Under the pieces are notes generated by a model that worked only from the letters and a program-made list of their open reading frames with translations, had not been told where the DNA came from and did no database searches. The position numbers were made by a program, and so were the translations under genes. DNA of 64,000 nucleotides. Source: an uncultured delta proteobacterium. Its GTDB lineage: Bacteria; Myxococcota_A; Polyangia; Polyangiales; Polyangiaceae. The stretch covers positions 576,001-640,000 of the forward strand of contig CAWJCS010000003.1 of the NCBI GenBank assembly GCA_963841435.1, read 5' to 3'. This document shows, piece by piece, positions 11,110 to 20,048 of this stretch. The first letter of the stretch is position 1; each line of letters starts with the position of its first letter.

Positions 11110-12792
11110 ATGCTTCTCGTGCGTCTCCTCCTCGCCTGTCTCGCGCTCTCGGCGATCGCGTGCAGCAACGTCGCGCAGACCGCGTACCGTATGCGCGAGA
11201 GCGGGCTCGACTGCGGCAGCGACGAGCAGACGACGCTCCCGTCGGACCCGGCGCTCGGCGGCGGCGCCACCATCGCCGATTGGGTGCTCGCGCGGGGCAG
11301 CTATGGCATCGGGCAGGGGCCGGGCATCGCGCTCGTGGCGCGCGACGCCTTTCGGCTCTTCGTCAACGGGCGCCTGCTCGCCGAAAACGAGGAGCCCCTG
11401 CGGCCGGTGTTCGTGCCGCTCACGCTCCTGCCGGGCGACAATGCCGTCACCGTCGTCGTGAGCGCCGCGGGGGGCGAGCCCGCCGTGCTCTTCGAGGTCG
11501 ACGAGCTCGAGCGCGAGATCGTCTCGGACGGCGCCGTGCGCGTCAGCGACGCGCCGAGCGGCGACTACACGGCGGCTGACTACGACGACAGCGCGTGGAA
11601 CCGCGCCGTGGATCGCGGCAGCGTCGCAGACAATCCCCGCTGTCGGCCGGCGGCGGGATTCCCGGCCGCCTCGACCGCGCACTGGCTCACCGCACCCGCC
11701 CCCGCCCAGAGCGTTGCGTTCCGCCTGGCCGTGCGCATCGCGCCGGTTGGCTTCGGAGCACCGACGACCGGCGGCGACACGGCCGAGCCCGTGCTCGTGT
11801 CGGACGCAGCGACGCTGACGGACGCTCTCGCTGGCGACGAGCCCGCGGTGATCCTCGTCCCCGAGGGGCGCCTCAACGTCCGGCGGGCCCCCATGGAGGC
11901 TGCCAACTTCGACACGTGCCCCACAGCTTGCCCCAGCGGCACCGGGACGACGTACAACGTCCTTTCGGCGGGCCAGACCTGCGACGTTCCCACGATCAGC
12001 ATGCCGCGCAACGAGCGACGCATGCGCATCGGGTCGAACAAGACGCTCGTGGGGCTCGGCCGCGGAGCGCAGCTCCGCGGTGCCTGGTTCGACGTGGGCG
12101 TGAGCAGCAACGTCATCTTGCGCAACCTGGCGATCTACGACGTGAACCGCGACCTCATCGAGGCGGGCGACGGCATCAGCGTCGGGGGCGTCGATCGCCT
12201 TTGGGTTGACCACGTGACCTTCAAGTGGATCAGCGACGGATTCATCGACGTGAGCGCGGACTCGACCAACGTCACGTTCTCGTGGCTCCGCTACGACGGC
12301 GAGAACCCCGCGGCTTGCCTGGGCCGGCACCCGCGGGCCAACGAGCTCGTGAACGCGATGGTCACCTTTCACCACACGATCTGGACCCACGTGAACGGGC
12401 GCGCTCCCCTCGTCACGCACTCGCTCACGCAAGCGCACTTGTACAACGACCTGTTCAGCGATGACGTCGACTATGCGGTGGGAGCGGGCTGCGACGCACA
12501 GATCCTGCTCGAAGGCAGCTACTTCGAAAAGGTCGTGACACCTTCGTCCAAGCGCGAGTGTACCGACGGGACGGTGGGGCTCGGCGCGATCCAGGCGCCC
12601 GCGGGCTCGAACGCCTACGGTGTCGACGTGGGGTCGCACGACGACGGGGGCACGCCGAGCGGCGAGCCTCACGACGCCGTGTTCACACCGCCGTATTCCT
12701 ACACACTCGACCCCACCGACGACGTGCGCTTCCGTGTCGGCGAACGTGCCGGCGCGGGCGCGCGCTGGGCGTTGCCACTCACACTCGACTGA
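11110..12792 (+). CDS. Pectate lyase (PL1)-family lipoprotein with N-terminal jelly-roll domain
   Basis: Lipobox LSAIAC; GFGAPTTGG, IGSNKTLVG, NVILRNL, GDGISV, LWVDHVTF, DGFIDV and GRAP motifs. Confidence 0.85.
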   Translation: MLLVRLLLACLALSAIACSNVAQTAYRMRESGLDCGSDEQTTLPSDPALGGGATIADWVLARGSYGIGQGPGIALVARDAFRLFVNGRLLAENEEPLRPVFVPLTLLPGDNAVTVVVSAAGGEPAVLFEVDELEREIVSDGAVRVSDAPSGDYTAADYDDSAWNRAVDRGSVADNPRCRPAAGFPAASTAHWLTAPAPAQSVAFRLAVRIAPVGFGAPTTGGDTAEPVLVSDAATLTDALAGDEPAVILVPEGRLNVRRAPMEAANFDTCPTACPSGTGTTYNVLSAGQTCDVPTISMPRNERRMRIGSNKTLVGLGRGAQLRGAWFDVGVSSNVILRNLAIYDVNRDLIEAGDGISVGGVDRLWVDHVTFKWISDGFIDVSADSTNVTFSWLRYDGENPAACLGRHPRANELVNAMVTFHHTIWTHVNGRAPLVTHSLTQAHLYNDLFSDDVDYAVGAGCDAQILLEGSYFEKVVTPSSKRECTDGTVGLGAIQAPAGSNAYGVDVGSHDDGGTPSGEPHDAVFTPPYSYTLDPTDDVRFRVGERAGAGARWALPLTLD

Positions 12793-12842
12793 ATCACCCA
12801 CCGCGCGCCGCGAGCTCGCGAGGCGCGCCGACGAGATGTCGC

Positions 12843-15800
12843 TCAGATCGCCGCCGCGAACTCGCGACCGAGCTCGAGCGGCGAGGGGCGGTCCTTCGGA
12901 TCGGGAAGCGTCGCCGCCCTGAGCACCTTGGCCACGGCGGCGGGGAAGGGCTTCAGGCGCTCGGCGTCCTCGAACGGGTCACGACGCATGTGGGCGATGA
13001 TGCGATCGCGCTGATTGTCGATCTCGTCGAAGAACGACCGCCCCGTCGTCACGTTGTACACCGTGGCCGCGAGCGCGTAGACATCGGAGCGTGGATCGAG
13101 CTCCACGGGATCGAGCACCTGCTCGGGAGCGATGTAGCCCGCCGTGCCGGCGACGAAGCGCCCGCTTGCGTCCTCGCTGACGCGGATGGCTCGCACCATG
13201 CCAAAATCGATGACCACGGCCGAGAGCGGTTGCGTGCGTGCCGGGTCGCGATGCTTGTGCGGATCGAATTTCTCGCCGTGCGCGAGCGGTAGGCGGAGCC
13301 AGATGTTCGCCGGCTTGATGTCACGGTGGACGAGCCCCGCGGCATGCAGTGCGGCGAGCCCCGCGCACGATTCGATGACCACTTGACGCACCTCGAACAT
13401 CGACATGAGCCGCGCGGCGGCGTACTGCTTGAGGTCGGCGCCGATCAGGTACTCGAGCACGAGGAAGGGCACGCTGTCGGCCACGCCGCGGTCGATGATG
13501 TTCGCGACGTTCGGGTGGTAAAGCCCCGCGAGCGCTCGCGCCTCCTCGACGAAGGACGCGAGAATGCCCTCCCGCTCGACGTCCGTCGCGTTCTGCAGCG
13601 CCTCGGCCTTGGGGATCTTGAGCACGAACAGGCGATCGGCGCCCGGCTTGCGCACGAGCCACACGGAGCCGATGCCGCCCTCACCGAGCGGCTGCACGAG
13701 CTCGTAGCCCTCGATCGTCTTCGGTTCCTGCTTCTTGGCGCGAGGCGGCGGCGGCGGCGTGCGCTGGATGGCCCCGCGAATCGCACCTTCGAGCAGCGCC
13801 GACGCCACGGGGCCGAGTGACGCGAACCAGACGTCGAGCAGGGAAATCTCGCGAGCGCGAATCGCTCGGGCCACGAGCCCCGCGACGCGCGGTGCGTTTT
13901 CCTGCGCGCGCCGCGCGGCCTCGGCGGCGACCTCGTCCTCGTCGGAGGTCGGGAAGAGCGCCTTGACCGGGTCGGCGAGCGCCGCCTGCAGCCTCTCGCC
14001 TGCAATCACGAGCTCCTGACAGAGTGCCTCGAGGTGCGCCTTCGGGCCCGCCGCGGCGCGGAACGCTTCGAGCGCCCCCGAGAGACCGGAGAGAGCGCGC
14101 GCGAGCTCGGTGTCGTCGGCGTGCAGCGACTCGAGCGCGTCGGCCGCCGCCGGGCCCCACTGCGCATCGACGGTGCCCGCCGCGACGGCCGTGCGCAACG
14201 TTTCGGCCCGGTCGCAGCAGCTCGCGAGCGCGCCCTCGGCCATCATCGGCAGCGCCGTCGCGAGCTGCAAAAGCATCGCGGGTCGATCGATGACGAGCGC
14301 CCACCAAGCCGCGAACGGTCCGAGCCAGCGCACGTCGTCGACCTCGCCGAGCGCGGTGCCGCGCGTCGTGTCGACGAGCCGCCAGAAAAGCATGCTGAGC
14401 GAGCCTTTCATGGCCGGCGAGAGCTCGCGCGTACCGTCGGCCAGCCCCTCGACCTTGCGCAGCCAGAGGCAGGTCGCGTGGGCCGTCGGTCCGCGCCCCG
14501 GCCCGAGCGCGGCGTCGGCCCCGCACGCGTCGAGGGCATAGCCGCCGAGGCGAATCGCTAGCACCTCGAGCGGCTCGGCGACCTCGGGTGTTGCGCCCTC
14601 CTGTCGCCGCTCCTTGACGAGGTCGAGGATCTCGGCAGGCGCCCGCGCGATCGCCTTCCAGGTTTCCTCGAGGTCGGGCTCGTCGGGGCGCTCGCGCCCG
14701 GCGTGGGTCGCCAGGAGCGGGTTCCAGAGCCGCAGCGCGAACACGCGTGCGCCGCCCTCGAGGGCATTGATGGCCGCCGCTCGTTGCCGCAGGCGGCCGT
14801 CGCCGAACACGATGCGCCGTGCTTCCGCGAAGGTACGCCCCACGGAGAGCGCGAAGCGGGCTGCACGCGCGTCGGCTTCCTCGTCGTCGTACTGCGCGGC
14901 GATGCGCACGAGGTTCTCCAGGCCGAGCTCGAGGTCGAGCGGGTCGCGTTCGGCGGCGTCGATGAGGTCCGTCGCCGCCGTCACTTCGATCCAGCGCCGC
15001 ATTTCGTCGAGCGACGTTGGCCGCGCTCGGCGCGCGAGCTCCCTGAGCGCACGCAGCGGTGTCTCGATCTCGGGCTGCCGTAGACCCCGCCGGTGCAGCG
15101 ATGCGAGCCCGCGCGCGAGGGCACGCGCGGCGATCGCTCCGCCGTCGCCCGCGAGGATGCGCTTGGCCAGCCGATCCCACAGTGATTTCCGCTCGAAGAA
15201 CAGGTACGGCGTCGCCACGGCGACGGACGCGAGGACCCAGTCCTCGTCGTCGCGCGACTCGAGCAGCGCGACGAGCTGGCTCGCCAGGAAATTCAGGCGC
15301 TCGGCAGGCAGCGACGCGAAGGCCGTCACCGCGCGCTGGCGCAGGATTTTCGACTCTCCGAGCACCCAGTCGAGCAGCGTGCCCTCGAGCTGCTCGAGAC
15401 GGCCGGTGAGCCGTCCGAGCGCGCGGGCGGCGTGCACCCAGACGAGCGGCTCGGGGTGCAGGAGCAGCGGCTGCAGCACTTGCAGCGTACGCCCCAGAAG
15501 CTCCTGATCGGCGCTCTCGGGCATACCGCACACGCTGACCTCGAGGCAGCGTGCCGAAAGCACGCGCCCGCGCAGCATGGCGTGCGCGGGCCGCCCGATG
15601 AGCTCTTCGTAAGTCGACCTCGCCGACCAGATCCAGCGCCCGAGGGCGGGCACCTCGAGAGCACTGGCCCCCGCCTCCCAGAGCAGGATCTCGAGACGCG
15701 CCCGGGCCTGTGCGTTTTCGGGGGCGGCGAGCGCCACGCCGTCGCCGAGCAGGGGCGCGCACTCGAGAGCGTCGAACAGCGGCCCCTCGACCACGCGAGC

Positions 15801-16166
15801 GCGCACCCCGCGCAGCGCCGAGGGCGCAAGCTCCGGGACGTCGAGCGCGGCGGCAAAGAGCGGCGCGAGCCGCGCGTCGCGCCGGAAGGCGCTCGCCTCG
15901 CAAAATGCGGCGAGCACGCGGCCCGAAGAGCCCTGGAAGCACTCGACGATGCTCGCCGTGTCGGTGAGCGTCACGGCGGGGAGCACGGCGGCGAGCTGGT
16001 CGGCGGCTTTGAGCTCGTCGGCGCTCAGCTCGAGCGCCGGAGGCTCCGTGATGCGCTCGGAGGCCCTGCGACGAAAGCGCCGACGCAGCGAGTCCCCAAT
16101 CTCCGGTCGCGCGTCGAGCGCCGCCGAGAGGGTCGCGAGCGCTTGCTTTGCATCCTCCGGGAGCAT
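12843..16166 (-). CDS. Ser/Thr protein kinase with about 800-aa N-terminal alpha-helical (HEAT-like) region and C-terminal kinase domain
   Basis: LGEGGIGSV, VLKIP, HRDIKPANI, DFG, GTAGYIAPE and DVYAL at the C-terminus; no obvious TM. Confidence 0.88.
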   Translation of the reverse strand: MLPEDAKQALATLSAALDARPEIGDSLRRRFRRRASERITEPPALELSADELKAADQLAAVLPAVTLTDTASIVECFQGSSGRVLAAFCEASAFRRDARLAPLFAAALDVPELAPSALRGVRARVVEGPLFDALECAPLLGDGVALAAPENAQARARLEILLWEAGASALEVPALGRWIWSARSTYEELIGRPAHAMLRGRVLSARCLEVSVCGMPESADQELLGRTLQVLQPLLLHPEPLVWVHAARALGRLTGRLEQLEGTLLDWVLGESKILRQRAVTAFASLPAERLNFLASQLVALLESRDDEDWVLASVAVATPYLFFERKSLWDRLAKRILAGDGGAIAARALARGLASLHRRGLRQPEIETPLRALRELARRARPTSLDEMRRWIEVTAATDLIDAAERDPLDLELGLENLVRIAAQYDDEEADARAARFALSVGRTFAEARRIVFGDGRLRQRAAAINALEGGARVFALRLWNPLLATHAGRERPDEPDLEETWKAIARAPAEILDLVKERRQEGATPEVAEPLEVLAIRLGGYALDACGADAALGPGRGPTAHATCLWLRKVEGLADGTRELSPAMKGSLSMLFWRLVDTTRGTALGEVDDVRWLGPFAAWWALVIDRPAMLLQLATALPMMAEGALASCCDRAETLRTAVAAGTVDAQWGPAAADALESLHADDTELARALSGLSGALEAFRAAAGPKAHLEALCQELVIAGERLQAALADPVKALFPTSDEDEVAAEAARRAQENAPRVAGLVARAIRAREISLLDVWFASLGPVASALLEGAIRGAIQRTPPPPPRAKKQEPKTIEGYELVQPLGEGGIGSVWLVRKPGADRLFVLKIPKAEALQNATDVEREGILASFVEEARALAGLYHPNVANIIDRGVADSVPFLVLEYLIGADLKQYAAARLMSMFEVRQVVIESCAGLAALHAAGLVHRDIKPANIWLRLPLAHGEKFDPHKHRDPARTQPLSAVVIDFGMVRAIRVSEDASGRFVAGTAGYIAPEQVLDPVELDPRSDVYALAATVYNVTTGRSFFDEIDNQRDRIIAHMRRDPFEDAERLKPFPAAVAKVLRAATLPDPKDRPSPLELGREFAAAI

Positions 16167-16250
16167 GGAGGCTAGAAAGCTTAGCAAAGCTTGGCGCGGG
16201 ACCCCTATAAACACGCCGCGCGGGCGGGAAATCGCCCCAGGGGGCCGAGG

Positions 16251-17144
16251 CTAGTGGCCGAGCGGGCTCGAGATCGTCGTCGAGCGGTGCGCGTCGGCGG
16301 CGGGGCGCGCGGTCGCCGACCCTGCGTGGCTTCCGCTGCCCACGCAAACGCCATCCCGCGCCGTGCAGAGCTTGACCTGAGCACACACCGTCGAAGCGGC
16401 GCAGTCGGCCGAGGACGCCGCGATGCACACGCCGTTCTTCGCCGAGCAGTTGCCTTCGAGCTTGCAGCGCGCGGAGCTTCGACAATCGGCGTTCGAGACG
16501 GCGGCGCAGGCACCGTCGTCTTCGCTGCAGACCCCGTCGCGCTCGCAGGCCTTCGATTTCTTGCAATCCTCCGCCGTGGCCACACAGCGGCCGTCCTTGG
16601 GGGCGCACGCGGCGCCCTCCTTGCAGCGCTTCGAAAGCTTGCAGTCGGCTTCGGTCGCCGCGATGCAACGACCGCCCTCCGGCGTGCAGAGGCCGAGACG
16701 CGCGCAGGGGCTCTCGGGGTCCGGTGTCTCGTCCGCCGTGCCCGCGCAGTGCCGCCTCGAGAGCGCGCTGCACTTGCCGTCCTTCGTCACGCAGAGTCCT
16801 TCGGCGACGCAGCTTTTCAGGCACTCGTCGTGCACGACTTTCGCGGCGTCCTCGCAGACCCCAGCGTGGGCACTGCAAAGCAGCGCCTTTTTGCAATCTT
16901 CGGAGGCCTTGCAGCCGTCGTCGCTCGTCGCGGCACACTTCGCGCCCTCTGCCCCGCAGAGACCGTGCAGCTTGCAGTCCTCCGAGCCGCGACAGTCTTC
17001 GTCGGACTTGACGATGCAGGCGCCGTTTTCGTCCGCCGAGCAACGACCGTGCTTCGCGCAATCCGGCTTGGCCTTACAGGCCTCGGACGCGTCACAGCCC
17101 ATGACGAAAATCCCGAGAGCGAGCAGCCGAAGAAGCGCGTTCAC
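16251..17144 (-). CDS. Cys-rich repeat lipoprotein (about 9 repeats of about 24 aa)
   Basis: GTG start, lipobox IFVMGC, repeats of pattern C-x2-S-x2-C-x3-G-x-C-x4-G-x-C-x-A. Confidence 0.75.
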   Translation of the reverse strand: MNALLRLLALGIFVMGCDASEACKAKPDCAKHGRCSADENGACIVKSDEDCRGSEDCKLHGLCGAEGAKCAATSDDGCKASEDCKKALLCSAHAGVCEDAAKVVHDECLKSCVAEGLCVTKDGKCSALSRRHCAGTADETPDPESPCARLGLCTPEGGRCIAATEADCKLSKRCKEGAACAPKDGRCVATAEDCKKSKACERDGVCSEDDGACAAVSNADCRSSARCKLEGNCSAKNGVCIAASSADCAASTVCAQVKLCTARDGVCVGSGSHAGSATARPAADAHRSTTISSPLGH

Positions 17145-17445
17145 GGGGACTTCTCTATCACGAGTCTTGCGCGATCCGCGACGCCAGAAGCGCGAAGCGT
17201 GCAGCTCTTGGCCCGAGCCGATTTGCTCGTCACACCGTTCCCGTAAATCTCGATCGAGCCCGGAACGCTCGACGTGCTCGTGCGGGCGGCCGGGTGGTCG
17301 AGAGCCCGGTGCTCGGCATCCAGGCCGGCCCGACCCGCCGTCGCGGCGCGAGGCAGACGAAAGAGGGCTCTTTCGCGGGCGAGACGGCGCGGTGATAGGA
17401 GATGGCCCCGGGCCGTCCGCGCAAGCTCGGGAGGAGAACGTACCC

Positions 17446-18132
17446 ATGTCGAGCGTCGCTGCCCTCGCGAAAATAATCGACCACTCGCTGTTGCGTGCCG
17501 ACCTCACGGCCGACGCGCTCGACGCGGGTTGCCGCCTCGCGCTCGAATGCAACGTCGCGAGCGTCTGCATTCTGCCCTTCGCGCTCTCGCGCGCCGTCGA
17601 GCTCCTCGCGGGGTCGACGGTGGTTCCGACGACGACCGTCGGCTTTCCGCACGGCGCCAACACGACGCGCGTCAAGCTCGGTGAGGCCGAGGAGGCGCTC
17701 GACGCCGGCGCCGGTGAGCTCGACATGGTCGTCAACGTCAGCTGGGTGAAGAGCGGCGCGTTCGCCGCCGTCGCAGAGGAGATCGGCGCGGCCGTCGCGC
17801 TTTGCCACACGCGGGGCGCGAAGCTCAAGGTCATCTTCGAGAACGCCTACCTGACCGACGCGGAGAAGATCCGTCTTTGCGAGATCTCGAGCAACTCGGG
17901 CGTCGATTTCGTGAAGACCTCGACGGGCTTCGGGCCTTCGGGCGCGACGGTCGAAGACGTGGCGTTGATGCGCCGGCACTGTCCACCGTCGGTCGCCGTC
18001 AAGGCGGCGGGCGGCATTCGCGACCTCGACCTCTTGCTCGCCCTGCGTCGGGCGGGCGCCACGCGATGCGGCTCGAGCTCGACGCGAGACATTCTCGGCG
18101 AGGCGAGGCGGCGCGCCGCCGTCTCGCCCTGA
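17446..18132 (+). CDS. deoC: Deoxyribose-phosphate aldolase
   Basis: IDHSLL, VGFPHG, ELDMVVN, LKVIFE, FVKTSTGF and VKAAGGIR motifs; GGAGGAG RBS. Confidence 0.95.
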   Translation: MSSVAALAKIIDHSLLRADLTADALDAGCRLALECNVASVCILPFALSRAVELLAGSTVVPTTTVGFPHGANTTRVKLGEAEEALDAGAGELDMVVNVSWVKSGAFAAVAEEIGAAVALCHTRGAKLKVIFENAYLTDAEKIRLCEISSNSGVDFVKTSTGFGPSGATVEDVALMRRHCPPSVAVKAAGGIRDLDLLLALRRAGATRCGSSSTRDILGEARRRAAVSP

Positions 18133-18165
18133 AACGCAAACCCCAAGCTCCGACCCTCGACGCGG

Positions 18166-18948
18166 TCAGCCCTCGGGTCGACCGAGCGCGATCGCCGTCG
18201 CGAAGGCGCGCCAGCGCAGCGCCACCCACCCGAACGCCGTGGGCGCGCCGCTCTCCGGATCAGCGACGAGCAGGATCGTGCCGAAGCCGAAGCCCGTGCG
18301 ACCGACGCGCGTGTCCTCGTCGTGCAGGAGGCGCGTCGAGTCCGCAATGCGCACGAGGTAGGCGTTGTCGTAGCCGGGCGCGAGCACGGGGGGCACGAGC
18401 ACGAACGCGACGTGACCCGTGTTCGGCGACTCGATCTCGACGGGCTTGAGCCACGCCACGACATCGCCGGGCGCAAGGTCGGCGACCCGAGCGACTCGCC
18501 GCCATCCGCCGCGCGCGCGGTCGAGCGGCGCGCGCGCGATGCGACGCTGGAAGTCGCGCGCCAGCGGACGCTTCTCCGAGCCGTACGCCATCGTGGCCGC
18601 GGCGCGCGGAGCGGCTCGCCCGAGCACCCATTGTACCATGCCGGAGCAGTCGAACCGATAGATGCCCCGCTTCTCGTCAACGAAAAAACCGTAGGTGTAG
18701 GAGGCATCTTCGAGCGTCGCGGAGACCTTGCCGAGGCGTCGCATCACGGCGTTTCGGTCCCAGTCGATGGCGGCGTCGTCGAAGAACGGGCGCGGTTCGG
18801 GCGGCGCCGGCGCGCTCGCGAACGTGAGCGCCGGCCGCCGATCGATGGGACGGGGCGCGCGCGAGCGCTCGCAACCGCCCAGGGCACCGAGCACGGCGAG
18901 CCCGGCGGCGACCGGAGCCGTCACCCGCATTGAACCGGCGTCACGCAT
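18166..18948 (-). CDS. Lipoprotein with NlpC/P60/CHAP-like Cys-His motifs (putative peptidase or amidase)
   Basis: Lipobox ALGGC; FDCSGMVQW, LAPGDVVAW, TGHVAFV and IADST. Confidence 0.6.
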   Translation of the reverse strand: MRDAGSMRVTAPVAAGLAVLGALGGCERSRAPRPIDRRPALTFASAPAPPEPRPFFDDAAIDWDRNAVMRRLGKVSATLEDASYTYGFFVDEKRGIYRFDCSGMVQWVLGRAAPRAAATMAYGSEKRPLARDFQRRIARAPLDRARGGWRRVARVADLAPGDVVAWLKPVEIESPNTGHVAFVLVPPVLAPGYDNAYLVRIADSTRLLHDEDTRVGRTGFGFGTILLVADPESGAPTAFGWVALRWRAFATAIALGRPEG

Positions 18949-18994
18949 CCTCGTTCGACACGCCCCGCCGACGGGGCTTGGGACCCGCCGCCGC

Positions 18995-19855
18995 TCAGCC
19001 GCCGGTCTCGAAACCGGGGTAGAGCGTCATGCCGCCATCGACGTAGATGGTGGCGCCCGTGATGTAGTCCGAGTCGTCCGAAGCGAGCCACACGGCGGCC
19101 CGGCCGATCTCGGTCGGCTCCCCGATGCGCTTGTAGGGGATGAGGGTCATCAGGGAGTTGTACGCCTCGCGAGTGCCCCAGGCGTCCATGTTGATCGGGG
19201 TGCGTACGGCTCCCGGCGAGAGCGCGTTCACGCGGATCCGCTGCGGAGCAACCTCCTGGGCGATGCTCTTCATCATCATCGAGACGCCACCCTTGGAGGT
19301 CGCGTAGTTGACGTGCCCCGCCCAGGGGATCACGTCGTGAACGGAGCTCACGCACAGGATCTTGCCGGCCGAGCACGACACGTCGCGCACCACGCCGCGG
19401 CGCTTGAACTCGCGCACGGCGGCGCGCGAGCAAAGAAACTGGCCTTTTAGGTTCACGTTCATGACGAGATCCCAGTCGGCCACCGTGAGCTCCTCGAAGG
19501 GCGCGTCCTTCTGTAGGCCCGCGTTGTTCACGAGGATGTCGATCGTGCCAAACTCCGAGACCATCGTGCCGAACATGCGCTCGACCTCCGCCTCCGAGCT
19601 CACGTCGGCACGGTGTGCGTAGGCTCTAGCGCCGCAGCGCTGGATTTCCGCAACCACCTTCTGCGCCTCTTCCTCGCGCGAGACGTAGTTCACGACAACG
19701 TCGGCGCCGGCGTGACCGAGCGCCTCGGCAATGGCGCGGCCAATGCCCGAATTGGCGCCCGTCACGAGGGCCTTCTGGCCCGACAGGTTCTTGATGATGG
19801 GACACACCGGCAGCACTGCTTCCGGCAAGCCTTGTTCACTGTAGTAGTCGCGCAT
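18995..19855 (-). CDS. SDR family oxidoreductase, glucose 1-dehydrogenase-like
   Basis: TGANSGIG, NNAGLQ, SSVH, YATSKGG, RVNALSPGAVRTPIN and DGGMTLYPGF. Confidence 0.92.
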   Translation of the reverse strand: MRDYYSEQGLPEAVLPVCPIIKNLSGQKALVTGANSGIGRAIAEALGHAGADVVVNYVSREEEAQKVVAEIQRCGARAYAHRADVSSEAEVERMFGTMVSEFGTIDILVNNAGLQKDAPFEELTVADWDLVMNVNLKGQFLCSRAAVREFKRRGVVRDVSCSAGKILCVSSVHDVIPWAGHVNYATSKGGVSMMMKSIAQEVAPQRIRVNALSPGAVRTPINMDAWGTREAYNSLMTLIPYKRIGEPTEIGRAAVWLASDDSDYITGATIYVDGGMTLYPGFETGG

Positions 19856-19877
19856 CGTTCTGGTCTCCGGTTGGCTC

Positions 19878-19902
19878 TACGGCTCCAGGGCGCCGCGGTT
19901 AC
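19878..19902 (-). promoter_or_regulatory. Putative ECF sigma promoter GTAACC-N15-CGTA
   Basis: Exact motif 22 nt upstream of the SDR ATG; identical to the site at 33035-33059. Confidence 0.65.
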
Positions 19903-19980
19903 CCGCGCGTCGCGCGCTCCCTCATGGGGCGGCGAAGCACGGCTTCACGAACGATGGATCCAGAGCGCGCCGCTCGCCAT

Positions 19981-20005
19981 GAAACCGCGGAGGCGAGCGC
20001 TCGTA
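19981..20005 (+). promoter_or_regulatory. Putative ECF sigma promoter GAAACC-N15-CGTA
   Basis: Exact motif upstream of the GMC gene; identical to the site at 33075-33099. Confidence 0.65.
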
Positions 20006-20048
20006 GACGGCCCGGCAAGAGCGGGATTCTCTTTTCACGGAGACGGCC

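Noticed and set aside
13681-17061. 1126-aa minus-strand ORF
   Set aside because: Arg-rich alternate-frame shadow of the kinase and the Cys-rich lipoprotein, typical of high-GC DNA.
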